Below, piece by piece: positions 9,254 through 18,298 of a stretch of 29,841 nt of DNA. This DNA is from Candidatus Woesearchaeota archaeon (GTDB lineage Archaea > Nanobdellota > Nanobdellia > SCGC-AAA011-G17 > UBA489). Below the pieces are notes generated by a model, which saw only the letters and a list, made by a program, of their open reading frames with translations, was not told the DNA's origin and did not search any database. The first letter of the stretch is position 1; the number at the start of each line of letters is the position of its first letter. The stretch lies in assembly GCA_964366285.1 (NCBI GenBank), contig CAYITV010000001.1, positions 1 through 29,841 of the forward strand, written 5' to 3'. The position numbers and the translations under genes were made by a program.

Positions 9254-10354
9254 TGATGCCAGCTTATTGATTATCTTTTGGAATATGGTTGGCTGCTGAT
9301 GAATTGGCAGGCATTTTCCATCTGCAATGATGTTGCTGTTGCATTCGTAACTGAATTGAGCAGATTCACCTGCTTCTTTTTGCTTCTTGATATTTCCATC
9401 AATATCGCAGTATGATGGGACATCATTCAAACGTATTCTTGTCCTTTGCTGAAGGCATGCGTTGAATCCTGAGTTAGCATAACATAATCCTGGCTCGCAT
9501 TTATTTGAATCTTTGGATTTTTGCCTTGCCTTCTCGTCCCTAATTATCATTAAATCTGCCTGTGTCTGGTCAATCTCTTTCTGTGTTGCCTTTCTCTTAA
9601 CAGGTTTTTCAATTATTACCTGATTTTCTATTTCTTGAGCCTGCATATCTTCAATTTGCTGCTGCTTTTCAGTCATTTCTTCCTGGGTTGACTTTTGAGC
9701 TGCATCTGGAATATCCTGCGGCTGCGATGGAATAATTTCTGCAATCTTCATCCCAAATTTCACATTACCTGATGCCGGCAAGTCGATTACAGTTATTATT
9801 GACTGCTCTGAAAGCGTGTAGATGCTGCCTTTCTTGATAACGTCTGTCTTTTCCTGCTGGCCTGAATCAGATGTTATAGTGAACATGACACCCTCATGCT
9901 TTGGATCTTTGACAGCTTCCAATGTGAATGATTTTCCATTGATTTCATACCTTTTCTTTTCAGCAGAGTTTGCATCCTGGGAGACTGACAGCGAGTCAAT
10001 AGCATCATAGCTTTTCTCTTCGATTGTCCCTGTTTTAGGCGTGACAACCAATGAGCACTTATCCTTGGCTGCAGACAAAGCTTGTATGTAAAGCTGGCCA
10101 AGCTCTACGACAGATCCTACCTTGATACTCTTCTCATTTAGCTTGTCGACCCTTATCCTGCAGTAACCGCCATTCTCATTATTCGCATTCTTCAGTCTGA
10201 TGATATTATCACCAATATTTATTGATGAACCTTCATTGATGCTTGTTATGTCTGCAAGCGCAGGCTGGATCGACGCTAACATGGCAAGGAGCAGGAAGGA
10301 GATGCTCATTAAAGCGATGTTTCTCCTTCCTTTCGGGGCTTGCGGCATTCTCAT
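9242..10354 (-). CDS. Secreted/surface hypothetical protein: signal peptide, beta-rich domains, Q/E-rich linker, Cys-rich C-terminal module
   Basis: Hydrophobic N-terminus ending ALA-D; C-terminal CEPGLC...YCDIDG...YECNSN...GKC and an amphipathic IFQKIINKLASIFG tail. Confidence 0.75.
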   Translation of the reverse strand: MRMPQAPKGRRNIALMSISFLLLAMLASIQPALADITSINEGSSINIGDNIIRLKNANNENGGYCRIRVDKLNEKSIKVGSVVELGQLYIQALSAAKDKCSLVVTPKTGTIEEKSYDAIDSLSVSQDANSAEKKRYEINGKSFTLEAVKDPKHEGVMFTITSDSGQQEKTDVIKKGSIYTLSEQSIITVIDLPASGNVKFGMKIAEIIPSQPQDIPDAAQKSTQEEMTEKQQQIEDMQAQEIENQVIIEKPVKRKATQKEIDQTQADLMIIRDEKARQKSKDSNKCEPGLCYANSGFNACLQQRTRIRLNDVPSYCDIDGNIKKQKEAGESAQFSYECNSNIIADGKCLPIHQQPTIFQKIINKLASIFG

Positions 10355-10395
10355 ACGGTTTTTTCTCCTTCTTGATATTTAGTTGTTATTAGGTG

Positions 10396-10541
10396 TGTGG
10401 TGTTTAAAGGTACACCACAACCTGATGGGTAAAGACATCAGGTCTGTTAGCTGGACGGGTATAAATATCTTGGGCGGACCTGCCGTTCTTTTCAAGGGTC
10501 CATCCAGGACCAGATCAAAAAACAAGGCTGAAATCCGGTCC
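10396..10541 (-). ncRNA. Candidate structured RNA or cis-regulatory element (four stem-loops)
   Basis: Perfect 8-bp stems with 8-nt loops at 10396-10419 and 10420-10443; further stems at 10471-10506 and 10507-10541. G-U pairs favour the minus strand. Confidence 0.45.
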
Positions 10542-10557
10542 GTTTTTGTTAAGGAGC

Positions 10558-11637
10558 TCATTTTTGCATGAACCAGCTGCTTAATTTGATGCTCTTTGAA
10601 ACATCTGTGACATCAATGGACACGATCTTCCTTGACCTCAGCGAGTCAAGTATCCTGATAAGGGATGTTTTTGGGATCTGGGTGCCATGGCGGATTTTTC
10701 CCTGCGTGGAAATGCCATTGTTGTCCAAAAGGAACTGCACAACCAAACGCTCGCGGTTGTTAAGCGTCGGAAGGATATGCTTGACGCGCTGGGGGAGCGA
10801 GGATTCCTTTGGTTTTTTGGCAATCCTTCTTGATAATCTATTATTATTCCTCTGCTGCGGCTCTATCTTTTCTAATGCTGCTGGTTCTTTGACTTGGAAA
10901 GCGGACTCATGGCGCACGAAAAACCAGTATGCCAATCCCGCAGCAAAAATTGCCAAGAGAATTATCATGGCAAATAATGTGAATGATGAATCTAATGAGC
11001 TTGAAGTCGTTTCATCTTCAAGCTTAAGCCTGATTGCCTCGAAATCGCCGCGATTGAATGCGAGATGCTGCTGCTCAAATGAATCCTTGTATGAAGCTGT
11101 GATGATGCAATTTCCTGTCGGCACTGCCTGGATCGTAAACGCACCGAACTTGTCTGTCTTTATCTGCTCAATTGGCATGAAATCCTTGTCGCAATTTAAT
11201 TTTATCTCCGCCCCTTCCAAGAGATTATCCAGCTTGTCAACGACTGTGCCGCGGATTGATGCTATTGGAAACAGGTAGATTATCTCTTTATTGCTTTCTG
11301 ATACTGTAAACTTCTCAAACGCGTAGTAATCTTTCCCTTCTGTCTGGGCTTCATCTGCAATGAAGACTAGTTCGTACTCGCCGCTATTCAAGTAGATGCT
11401 TGCCATGTTTGTGTTGAGATATTCTGTTATTGACAATTCCTTGCCTGTCAAAATGTTCTTTTCATTAATCTTGAGGGTTACATTCGTTATGTTCCTGTCT
11501 GTCCCGACTTCATTAAGCGCGTAGACTAGATGATACGATTCTTGAGCATCTGCTGCAAGAGACAAGAACATGACAAGAGATGCAAATGCAAGAATAATTA
11601 TGCTATGTTTTCCTGAATGCGATAATGAATTGCTCAT
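10558..11637 (-). CDS. Membrane-anchored protein: extracellular carboxypeptidase-regulatory-like beta sandwich, TM helix, cytoplasmic C-terminal winged HTH
   Basis: Signal-like N-terminus; SIRGTVVDKLDNLLEGAEI...TDKFGAFTI; TM FTLFAMIILLAIFAAGLAYWFFV; wHTH 'TQGKIRHGTQIPKTSLIRILDSLRSRKIV'. Confidence 0.75.
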   Translation of the reverse strand: MSNSLSHSGKHSIIILAFASLVMFLSLAADAQESYHLVYALNEVGTDRNITNVTLKINEKNILTGKELSITEYLNTNMASIYLNSGEYELVFIADEAQTEGKDYYAFEKFTVSESNKEIIYLFPIASIRGTVVDKLDNLLEGAEIKLNCDKDFMPIEQIKTDKFGAFTIQAVPTGNCIITASYKDSFEQQHLAFNRGDFEAIRLKLEDETTSSSLDSSFTLFAMIILLAIFAAGLAYWFFVRHESAFQVKEPAALEKIEPQQRNNNRLSRRIAKKPKESSLPQRVKHILPTLNNRERLVVQFLLDNNGISTQGKIRHGTQIPKTSLIRILDSLRSRKIVSIDVTDVSKSIKLSSWFMQK

Positions 11638-14428
11638 TTTTTATCTTTACCCTCTCGAATATCTTCTCCTGTGCTGCTTTTCCCCAGGTTATTGATGATG
11701 CACCTACCTTTTCCTTAATCTCTTTTTCAAATTCCTTCAGGTCATATGCTGACTCAATGAAGAGGACAATCCTATCCTCTTTTTTTAACTGCGATTTCTT
11801 CCTTAAATCCTGGATTCTTCTTGTGAGCTCGCGGAGGTAACCTTCCTTTTCAAGCTCCTGAGTTATTTTTGTATCTAAAACAACCTTGAGCTGACCTTCC
11901 TTTTTCATGATGACATTCTTAACATTCACTTCTTCTGCGATAAGCTTGATGTATTCCTTGCCGAGATTGCAACCAGCAACTTCCAGCTTATTCAAGACCT
12001 GCCTGACAGATATTTTTGCCTTAGAGCGTTCTTCAAGAGCCATGCTGACAATCTCCCTGGTCTTGTCCATGTCTGCATTAAGCTTTTCAGATATCAAGGT
12101 GCTGTCAAAAGCAGGCCAATCTTCCAGATGAACAGATTCTTGAAGCTTCTTGTTTTCTGACCTGAAGTTCTGGTAAATCTCTTCTGAAATAAAGGGGGCT
12201 ATTGGCGCTATGAGCTTTGCCATGGTAACAAGCACATATGCAAGCGTATTTATTGCATCTTCTTTTTCGCTTGTGGAGAAACGCTCCCTGCTTCTTCTGA
12301 CGTACCACAAGGATATATCGTCTATACATGATGAGATTGAACTGCAGGCAGATATTGCATCATAATCCTCAAATGCATTTGTCACATCCCTGATTGTCTT
12401 GTTAATGATGCTGATAATCCACCTGTCAAGGACGTGCTTGTTGCCAGGCTTGTTGAATATTGCATTGCCCTTGCCATACATCTGGTAGAACTGCATGATG
12501 TTGTAAAACAGCATCATAACCTTCCTATAGACTTCTTTCACGTTGTTTTCATTAAAATTCAGGTCTTCTGCGCGCATCAATGGAGAATTCATCATGTAGA
12601 AGCGGAGAGAATCAGCGCCATACTTGTCAAATATCTCATGCGGATCTGGAAAATTGCCCTTTGACTTCGACATCTTTGAACCATCTTCTGCCAATATTGT
12701 TCCAGACACTACGACATTCTTGAATGGAGGCTTGTCAAACAGCAGCACAGAGAGGACGTGCATGTAATAAAACCATGTCCTTACCTGAGGCACGTATTCT
12801 GAAACAAAGTCAGCGGGAAAGTTCTGCTTGAACCATTCTTTGCTGTCAAACGGGTAATGCTTTGCTGCATATGGCATGCTTCCTGATTCGAACCAGCAAT
12901 CAAGGACTTCTGGAATCCTGTCAATTGGCTTTTTGCATTTATCACACTTGAGATGGATTGTGTCCATGACATGCTTATGCAGGTCGATGTCTTTTCCAAT
13001 CTTCTCAACTGCCTTTTGTCTAAGCTCTTCAATGCTACCAATAACTGCTGTTTTATTGCATATTTTGCATTTCCATATAGGAAGGGCTGTTGCCCAGAAG
13101 CGATTTCTTGATATTGTCCAGTCTGGAGCTGTCTCGAGGACGTTCTTGAACCTGCCTTCCTTGATATGCTTGGGATACCAATTTATCTCGCTGTTTTTTT
13201 GCATAATTTTTTTCTTGATCTTCTGAATGTCAACAAACCAAGAGTCGAGTGCATTATAAAACAAAGGCGTGTCGCACCTGTAACAGAATGGATAGCTGTG
13301 GGTTGTCTTTTCTATACCATATACAAGGCCACGCTTCTCTAGATCTTGAAGGACTTTTCCATCTGCATTCTTGAACCATATTCCAATGAATTCTTTTGGA
13401 CCGAGATGAATCTTACCGCCCTTATCAAGATGCTGGATGAATGGGAGATTGTATTTTTTAACCATCTCATAATCAAATTCCCCATATAATGCCATGTGAA
13501 CAATGCCAGTTCCTTCTGATGCCAAGACTTGATCTCCGCCATTGATGATGATATATCCTTTCTTGTCTGCCGGGATGTGATACAACGGTTCGTATTCTTT
13601 ATTTAGCAATTCAGTTCCCTTGAATTCTTCAATTATAGAGTATTTTTCCTTGATTGTTTCCAGGCGATCCTTTGCGAGAATGTACATTTCATTTCCGACC
13701 TTGATTTTTGCATATGTCAATGCCTCGTTAATGGCGAGCGCAACATTGCCCAAAAGGGTCCATGGGGTAGATGTCCAAGATAGCACAAATGTGTTCTGCT
13801 CTCCCTTAAGCTTAAACTTTACTGTGACTGTATTTTCAGTGATGTCCTTGTAACTATTGTCCATGGCAATCTCTGATGATGCCAAGGGAGTTTCACACCG
13901 CGAACAATACAGCAGTATCTTCTTTCCCTGGTAGATATATCCTTCATCGTATAATCTCTTAAAGATGTACCAGACTGATTCCATGTAACTTTGGTCCATG
14001 GTCTTGTAGGCGTTGTCAAACTCAATCCATTTTCCCATGCGGCTGACTGTCTTTTTCCATTCATTAACAAAATGCAGGACCTTTGAGCGGCAGAATTCGT
14101 TGAATTTCTTGACGCCCATCTCTTCTATCTCTTTCTTTTCTCTTATGCCAAGCTCTTTTTCAGCTATTGTCTCGACAGGCAGGCCATGACAGTCCCAACC
14201 CCAACGCCTTTCTACGCGGTAGCCTTTCATTGTCCAGAAGCGAGGAAACAGATCCTTGCTTGTCAATCCAAGTATATGGCCGTAATGCGGCAGGCCAGTT
14301 GCAAATGGCGGACCGTCATAGAAAACATATTGCTTATTCTTTGGCCTTAATTCTACAGATTTTTCAAATATCCTGTTCTTTTCCCACCATCCAGCAATCT
14401 TTGTTTCGACTGCCTTTGCGTCGTACAT
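11603..14428 (-). CDS. ileS: Isoleucyl-tRNA synthetase (archaeal/eukaryotic type)
   Basis: DGPPFATGLPHYGH, GWDCHGLP, WTSTPWTL, DWTISRNRFW, WFESGSMP and KMSKS motifs. Confidence 0.97.
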   Translation of the reverse strand: MYDAKAVETKIAGWWEKNRIFEKSVELRPKNKQYVFYDGPPFATGLPHYGHILGLTSKDLFPRFWTMKGYRVERRWGWDCHGLPVETIAEKELGIREKKEIEEMGVKKFNEFCRSKVLHFVNEWKKTVSRMGKWIEFDNAYKTMDQSYMESVWYIFKRLYDEGYIYQGKKILLYCSRCETPLASSEIAMDNSYKDITENTVTVKFKLKGEQNTFVLSWTSTPWTLLGNVALAINEALTYAKIKVGNEMYILAKDRLETIKEKYSIIEEFKGTELLNKEYEPLYHIPADKKGYIIINGGDQVLASEGTGIVHMALYGEFDYEMVKKYNLPFIQHLDKGGKIHLGPKEFIGIWFKNADGKVLQDLEKRGLVYGIEKTTHSYPFCYRCDTPLFYNALDSWFVDIQKIKKKIMQKNSEINWYPKHIKEGRFKNVLETAPDWTISRNRFWATALPIWKCKICNKTAVIGSIEELRQKAVEKIGKDIDLHKHVMDTIHLKCDKCKKPIDRIPEVLDCWFESGSMPYAAKHYPFDSKEWFKQNFPADFVSEYVPQVRTWFYYMHVLSVLLFDKPPFKNVVVSGTILAEDGSKMSKSKGNFPDPHEIFDKYGADSLRFYMMNSPLMRAEDLNFNENNVKEVYRKVMMLFYNIMQFYQMYGKGNAIFNKPGNKHVLDRWIISIINKTIRDVTNAFEDYDAISACSSISSCIDDISLWYVRRSRERFSTSEKEDAINTLAYVLVTMAKLIAPIAPFISEEIYQNFRSENKKLQESVHLEDWPAFDSTLISEKLNADMDKTREIVSMALEERSKAKISVRQVLNKLEVAGCNLGKEYIKLIAEEVNVKNVIMKKEGQLKVVLDTKITQELEKEGYLRELTRRIQDLRKKSQLKKEDRIVLFIESAYDLKEFEKEIKEKVGASSITWGKAAQEKIFERVKIKNEQFIIAFRKT

Positions 14429-14452
14429 ATAACATGAAAAATCAAAGAACGA

Positions 14453-14533
14453 TTTATATAGTTTGTTCTTCTAACTGGCATTTTAGGGTTTGAAGCTGAG
14501 AAATATGCTGTGAAGCACAAAAAGCTTTATATA
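14453..14533. promoter_or_regulatory. Divergent TATA boxes for ileS (14453-14460) and the TRAM gene (AAAAAGC-TTTATATA, 14519-14533)
   Basis: The ileS box is 24 nt from the ATG (leaderless geometry). The TRAM box has an upstream purine-rich BRE-like run. Confidence 0.55.
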
Positions 14534-14631
14534 GTGGTTTTGATTTTAGAGGGTTACATACATAGTTAAGATTGGGGGATAAATACTCGTTCTTGACTTT
14601 TGTATAATTAAATAGACGGAGGATGTTAGAT

Positions 14632-15009
14632 ATGTTCAGAGATAAAGGGTTTCGGAAGGTAGCTCCTATTGAAGAAGGAGAAGAATTAGATGTCACGATT
14701 GAGGCAGTCGGAGAGAAGGGCGATGGGATTGCCAAAGCAAAGGGATTTGTCATATTTGTTCCTGGAGGAAAGCAAGGAGACAATGTAAGGGTGCGCGTCA
14801 CAAAGGTGCTCCGCAACTTCAGCTTCGGAGAGATTGTTGGTGCTGGACCGGCTCCTGCAAAGGCTGAGAAGAAATCAAAGAAGAAGGGCGAAGAAGGTGA
14901 ATCTGAGGAACAGGCTGAAGGTTCTGAAGAAACATCACAAGAAGACGAGAACCAAGACGAGAATTCGGAAGATTCAGATGAAGAAGATTCCAAGGAAGAG
15001 GATGAATAA
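14632..15009 (+). CDS. Single TRAM-domain RNA-binding protein with an acidic tail
   Basis: APIEEGEELDVTIEAVGEKGDGIAKAKGFVIFVPG...VRVTKV..NFSF. SD GGAGG 9 nt before ATG 14632. Confidence 0.92.
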   Translation: MFRDKGFRKVAPIEEGEELDVTIEAVGEKGDGIAKAKGFVIFVPGGKQGDNVRVRVTKVLRNFSFGEIVGAGPAPAKAEKKSKKKGEEGESEEQAEGSEETSQEDENQDENSEDSDEEDSKEEDE

Positions 15010-15136
15010 TTCTTCTTCTTTATTTCTTATTTTCTTTTCCATTATGCCATCCAAAGCGTCCTGAGATTTTTGTATTTTTAATTTAGCTTTTTAAGCGTGA
15101 TAAACCTTATAAAGAAGAGGCATTATCTCCAATGTT

Positions 15137-16096
15137 ATGGGGGAAATGCAGCAACTCTGGACTGAGAAATATCGGCCGCAGATGTTTTCTGAGATTGTCG
15201 GGCATAATGACATAATAAAAAGGGTTGAGGCATTTGTAAAACAGAAGAATGTTCCGCATCTCCTGCTTGCTGGAAGGGCTGGAATCGGAAAAACAACATT
15301 AGCAATGGTGATTGCTAAGGAATTATTTGGAGAGAACTGGAAAGAGAATTTTTTGGATTTGAACGCGAGCGATGATCGTGGGATAGACACCGTGAGAGTG
15401 AAGATAAAGGACTTTGCAAGAACGAAATCCATTGGAACAGATTTGCAGAAGATTGTGCATCTTGATGAATGCGATTCATTGACAAAAGAAGCGCAGCAGG
15501 CATTGAGAAGGACGATGGAGAATTATGCTGGAAATGCGAGATTCATCCTTAGCTGCAATGTGCAGAGCAAGATAATTGATCCAATCAAAAGCAGATGTGC
15601 TGTCTTCAGATTCAAGCCGTTGGAAAGAAAGGACATGGTTGAGATCATAGAAAGGATTGCCAAGGCTGAAAAACTGCAGATTGCTGAAAAGACAATAGAT
15701 GCATTGTATGAAGTATGCGAGGGCGACATGCGAAGGATGGTAAACATGCTGCAGAGCTGCGCTGCACTTGACAAGAAGATAACCGAAGATGCCGTTTATG
15801 AGCTTGCAGGGGCTGTGAAACCGAAGGAGATAAAGGATGCGTTGCTGATTGCCTTGAAGGGAGATTTTCTCAATGCAAGGGAGAAGTTATTAGATGTGAT
15901 GCTGGCGCATGGGATGGGGGGGCTAGATGTTGTAAAACAAATTCAAAAAGAGATCTGGGAGCTGCCAATAAGCGATGTTGAAAGGGTAAGATTGATTGAA
16001 AGATGCGGAGAGATAGAATTCAGAATGGTGGAAGGAAGCGATGACTGGATTCAACTGGAAGGATTATTATCAAGCTTTGTGCTGATGAAAAAATGA
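15137..16096 (+). CDS. rfcS: Replication factor C small subunit (no intein)
   Basis: WTEKYRP, GRAGIGKTT, LNASDDRG, DECDSLT..AQQALRR and SRC motifs. Confidence 0.96.
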   Translation: MGEMQQLWTEKYRPQMFSEIVGHNDIIKRVEAFVKQKNVPHLLLAGRAGIGKTTLAMVIAKELFGENWKENFLDLNASDDRGIDTVRVKIKDFARTKSIGTDLQKIVHLDECDSLTKEAQQALRRTMENYAGNARFILSCNVQSKIIDPIKSRCAVFRFKPLERKDMVEIIERIAKAEKLQIAEKTIDALYEVCEGDMRRMVNMLQSCAALDKKITEDAVYELAGAVKPKEIKDALLIALKGDFLNAREKLLDVMLAHGMGGLDVVKQIQKEIWELPISDVERVRLIERCGEIEFRMVEGSDDWIQLEGLLSSFVLMKK

Positions 16097-17268
16097 AAAC
16101 GTGGGTGGACAAATATACTCCAAATAGCTTAAATGAAATTGCAGGACAAGACTTTGCAATATCTCAATTGAAGAATGTAATTGAAAGAAAAGGTGTTGCA
16201 CTACTACATGGAGCGCCTGGGACTGGAAAAACCTGTAGCGTCTATGCATTGGCAAATGATCTCGGCTATGAAGTTCTTGAGATAAATGCATCTGACTTCA
16301 GGAATGAAGAGAATATGCAGAGGATTGTCGGCGGATCCTTGCAGCAGGCAAGCTTGTTCAGCAAGGGGAAGATTGTATTGGTTGATGAGCTTGAGGGAAT
16401 TTCAGGACAGGAGGACAGGGGAGGAATATCTGAGTTAAATGGTTTGCTTGACAGCAAGACGCATGCTGTTGTGCTGATAACAAATGATCCATGGGACAAG
16501 AAGTTCTCCACATTGAGAAAGAAATGCACCTTGATAGAATACAAGAATGTCAATGCTGACAGCGTTGCAAAGGTTTTAAGACGCATATGTGAAAAAGAGG
16601 GGATAAACTTCCTGGAAGAGGACTTGAAGATTCTTGCAAGAAGATCTGGAGGAGATGTAAGGGCAGCTATAACAGATTTGCATGCATTATGCATCGGCAG
16701 GAATGAGCTTTCGAGGGAAGACTTTTCAATCTTGGGGGAAAGAGAGCAGGAGAAGAGTGTTTTTACTGCATTGCAGGTTATCCTGAAGGGCAAGGACAGT
16801 GGCAAAGCAATCCAAGTGATGGATGAGGTTGATGTTGATCTGTTTGACATGATGCTGTGGCTTGATGAGAATATTGGAAGGGAATACAAGGGAAAGGATT
16901 TGGAATCTGGATATGACATGCTTGGAAAAGCTGATGTTTTCAATGGAAGAATCAAAAGATGGCAGTACTGGAGATTTTTGGTTTATATGAAGGAGCTGAT
17001 GAGCGCTGGAGTATCTGCTGCAAAAGAGATGCAATACTATGGGTATACGCCTTACAAAAGGTATGATCGAATCTTGAAGATGTGGATGGCGAATCAAAAG
17101 TATAAGAGAAGGAAAGATATTGCTGCGAAGCTTGCATCGCACAGCCATGTCTCTTCAAAATATGCTGTCAGGCATGTTGTTCCTTATGTAAAAATGCTTT
17201 ACAAGAAAGGACAAGAAATAGATGCTAACTTTACAGATGAAGAGGTTGAGTGGCTGAAAGAAAAATAA
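16093..17268 (+). CDS. rfcL: Replication factor C large subunit
   Basis: WVDKYTP, GAPGTGKT, EINASDFR, DELEG and GDVRAAI motifs; ATGA overlap with rfcS. Confidence 0.93.
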   Translation: MKTWVDKYTPNSLNEIAGQDFAISQLKNVIERKGVALLHGAPGTGKTCSVYALANDLGYEVLEINASDFRNEENMQRIVGGSLQQASLFSKGKIVLVDELEGISGQEDRGGISELNGLLDSKTHAVVLITNDPWDKKFSTLRKKCTLIEYKNVNADSVAKVLRRICEKEGINFLEEDLKILARRSGGDVRAAITDLHALCIGRNELSREDFSILGEREQEKSVFTALQVILKGKDSGKAIQVMDEVDVDLFDMMLWLDENIGREYKGKDLESGYDMLGKADVFNGRIKRWQYWRFLVYMKELMSAGVSAAKEMQYYGYTPYKRYDRILKMWMANQKYKRRKDIAAKLASHSHVSSKYAVRHVVPYVKMLYKKGQEIDANFTDEEVEWLKEK

Positions 17269-17312
17269 AAACAATAGTTTTATAAATGCATTCTGGAAAA
17301 ACAAATTCTATT

Positions 17313-17603
17313 ATGAAGATTAGCGAGTTAAAACCAAGAATGGGAAAGATTGAGATTGAAGTTACTGTTGATGATGTTGGAGAGATAAGAGAATTTGACA
17401 AGTTTGGCAAGAAGGGAAGAGTCTGCAATGCAACTGTAAGCGATGATTCTGGAAAGATAAAACTAACATTATGGAATGATGAGATTGACAAGGTAAAGAA
17501 AGGCGACAAATTAAAGATTTCCAATGGTTATGTGAATGAATTCCAAGGCGAGATGCAGCTTACTGCCGGTAGATTTGGTAAGTTAGAGGTTGTTGCTTCC
17601 TAG
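17313..17603 (+). CDS. ssb: Single-OB-fold ssDNA-binding protein (SSB/RPA-type)
   Basis: MKISEL, V.NATVSDDSGKIKLTLWN, NGYVNEFQGEMQLTAGRFG. TATA (17278-17286) 26 nt before ATG 17313. Confidence 0.88.
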   Translation: MKISELKPRMGKIEIEVTVDDVGEIREFDKFGKKGRVCNATVSDDSGKIKLTLWNDEIDKVKKGDKLKISNGYVNEFQGEMQLTAGRFGKLEVVAS

Positions 17604-17606
17604 TTT

Positions 17607-18005
17607 TTATATACCTACTAACTCATGCGTGTGATAGACTTCAATAGTATTTTGCTCTTTCAATTTTTTATCATTGCTCCAGATGGCACATTTTATTTTT
17701 AGAGCCAATGCAAAATAAGCCATGTCATCTGGATCCGGGCTTATCAGCTCAGCCTTTTGAATGAATTCACGCAATTCTTCCAAAGGCACTAAGATAATTC
17801 TTTTTTTGAGAATATCTAATGCATTATCAAATTCTTCAATGGTCTTCTCTGTTTTTTCAAGAATTTCAGCTTTATGCTCCTCCAACTCTGAGAATATATA
17901 CTCCGGTGCAAAGAGATGAAGTTTTTCATTGAAAAAAAGCCGGTAACTTGCGTTGTCTTTTATCAAAGATGCAAAAAGAATATTAGCATCAACAACAAGA
18001 TCCAT
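17607..18005 (-). CDS. PIN-domain (VapC-like) toxin
   Basis: LVVDANILF, E in APEYIFSEL, DPDD and WSND acidic PIN motifs. Confidence 0.9.
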   Translation of the reverse strand: MDLVVDANILFASLIKDNASYRLFFNEKLHLFAPEYIFSELEEHKAEILEKTEKTIEEFDNALDILKKRIILVPLEELREFIQKAELISPDPDDMAYFALALKIKCAIWSNDKKLKEQNTIEVYHTHELVGI

Positions 18006-18006
18006 T

Positions 18007-18237
18007 TTATCGAGCTATTGCCCTCAATTTGCTGCTGATTTTTTTGCTTACTTCTTTTCCCAAGCGCAATGCATCTTCTTCAGTAAGTTTACTTTTTTGT
18101 TTAAATTTTCTTAAGAACTCCATGTCAGCTACTTTTTGCATAAATGCCTGCCTTGCTACTTCTGACCAATTTATTTCTTTTATAGAGTCCATTTTTTGCT
18201 TCAATTCATTTGGCACGGCCAGAGTCATAGTGGTCAT
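18007..18237 (-). CDS. Ribbon-helix-helix antitoxin
   Basis: MTTMTLAVPNELKQKM...INWSEVARQA; directly upstream of the PIN gene; SD GGAG. Confidence 0.85.
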   Translation of the reverse strand: MTTMTLAVPNELKQKMDSIKEINWSEVARQAFMQKVADMEFLRKFKQKSKLTEEDALRLGKEVSKKISSKLRAIAR

Positions 18238-18298
18238 ATTTCTTCTCCATTTATGTGTGTTTATTTATAATATGTGCTTATATATAAATCTTCTGATT

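Noticed and set aside
10396-10443. Tandem 24-bp hairpins as a mini CRISPR array or hammerhead ribozyme
   Set aside because: The arms differ in sequence, there are no spacers or cas genes, and CUGAUG is locked in a stem with no GAAA core.
10568-11278. 236-aa plus-strand ORF, and similar long antisense ORFs (16266-16955, 24421-24894, 7386-7787)
   Set aside because: Fully opposite well-supported genes; no recognisable domains.
14593-14608. Bacterial -35/-10-like TTGACT...TATAAT before the TRAM gene as a target of the sigma factor
   Set aside because: The spacer is only about 4 nt rather than about 17, and an archaeal BRE-TATA is present upstream.
14454-14993. 179-aa Ser-rich ORF on the minus strand
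   Set aside because: Antisense shadow of the low-complexity TRAM gene; no motif or start signals.
18252-18280. TATGTG direct repeats upstream of the RHH antitoxin as an operator
   Set aside because: Only 6 bp in very AT-rich DNA; plausible but not distinguishable from chance.
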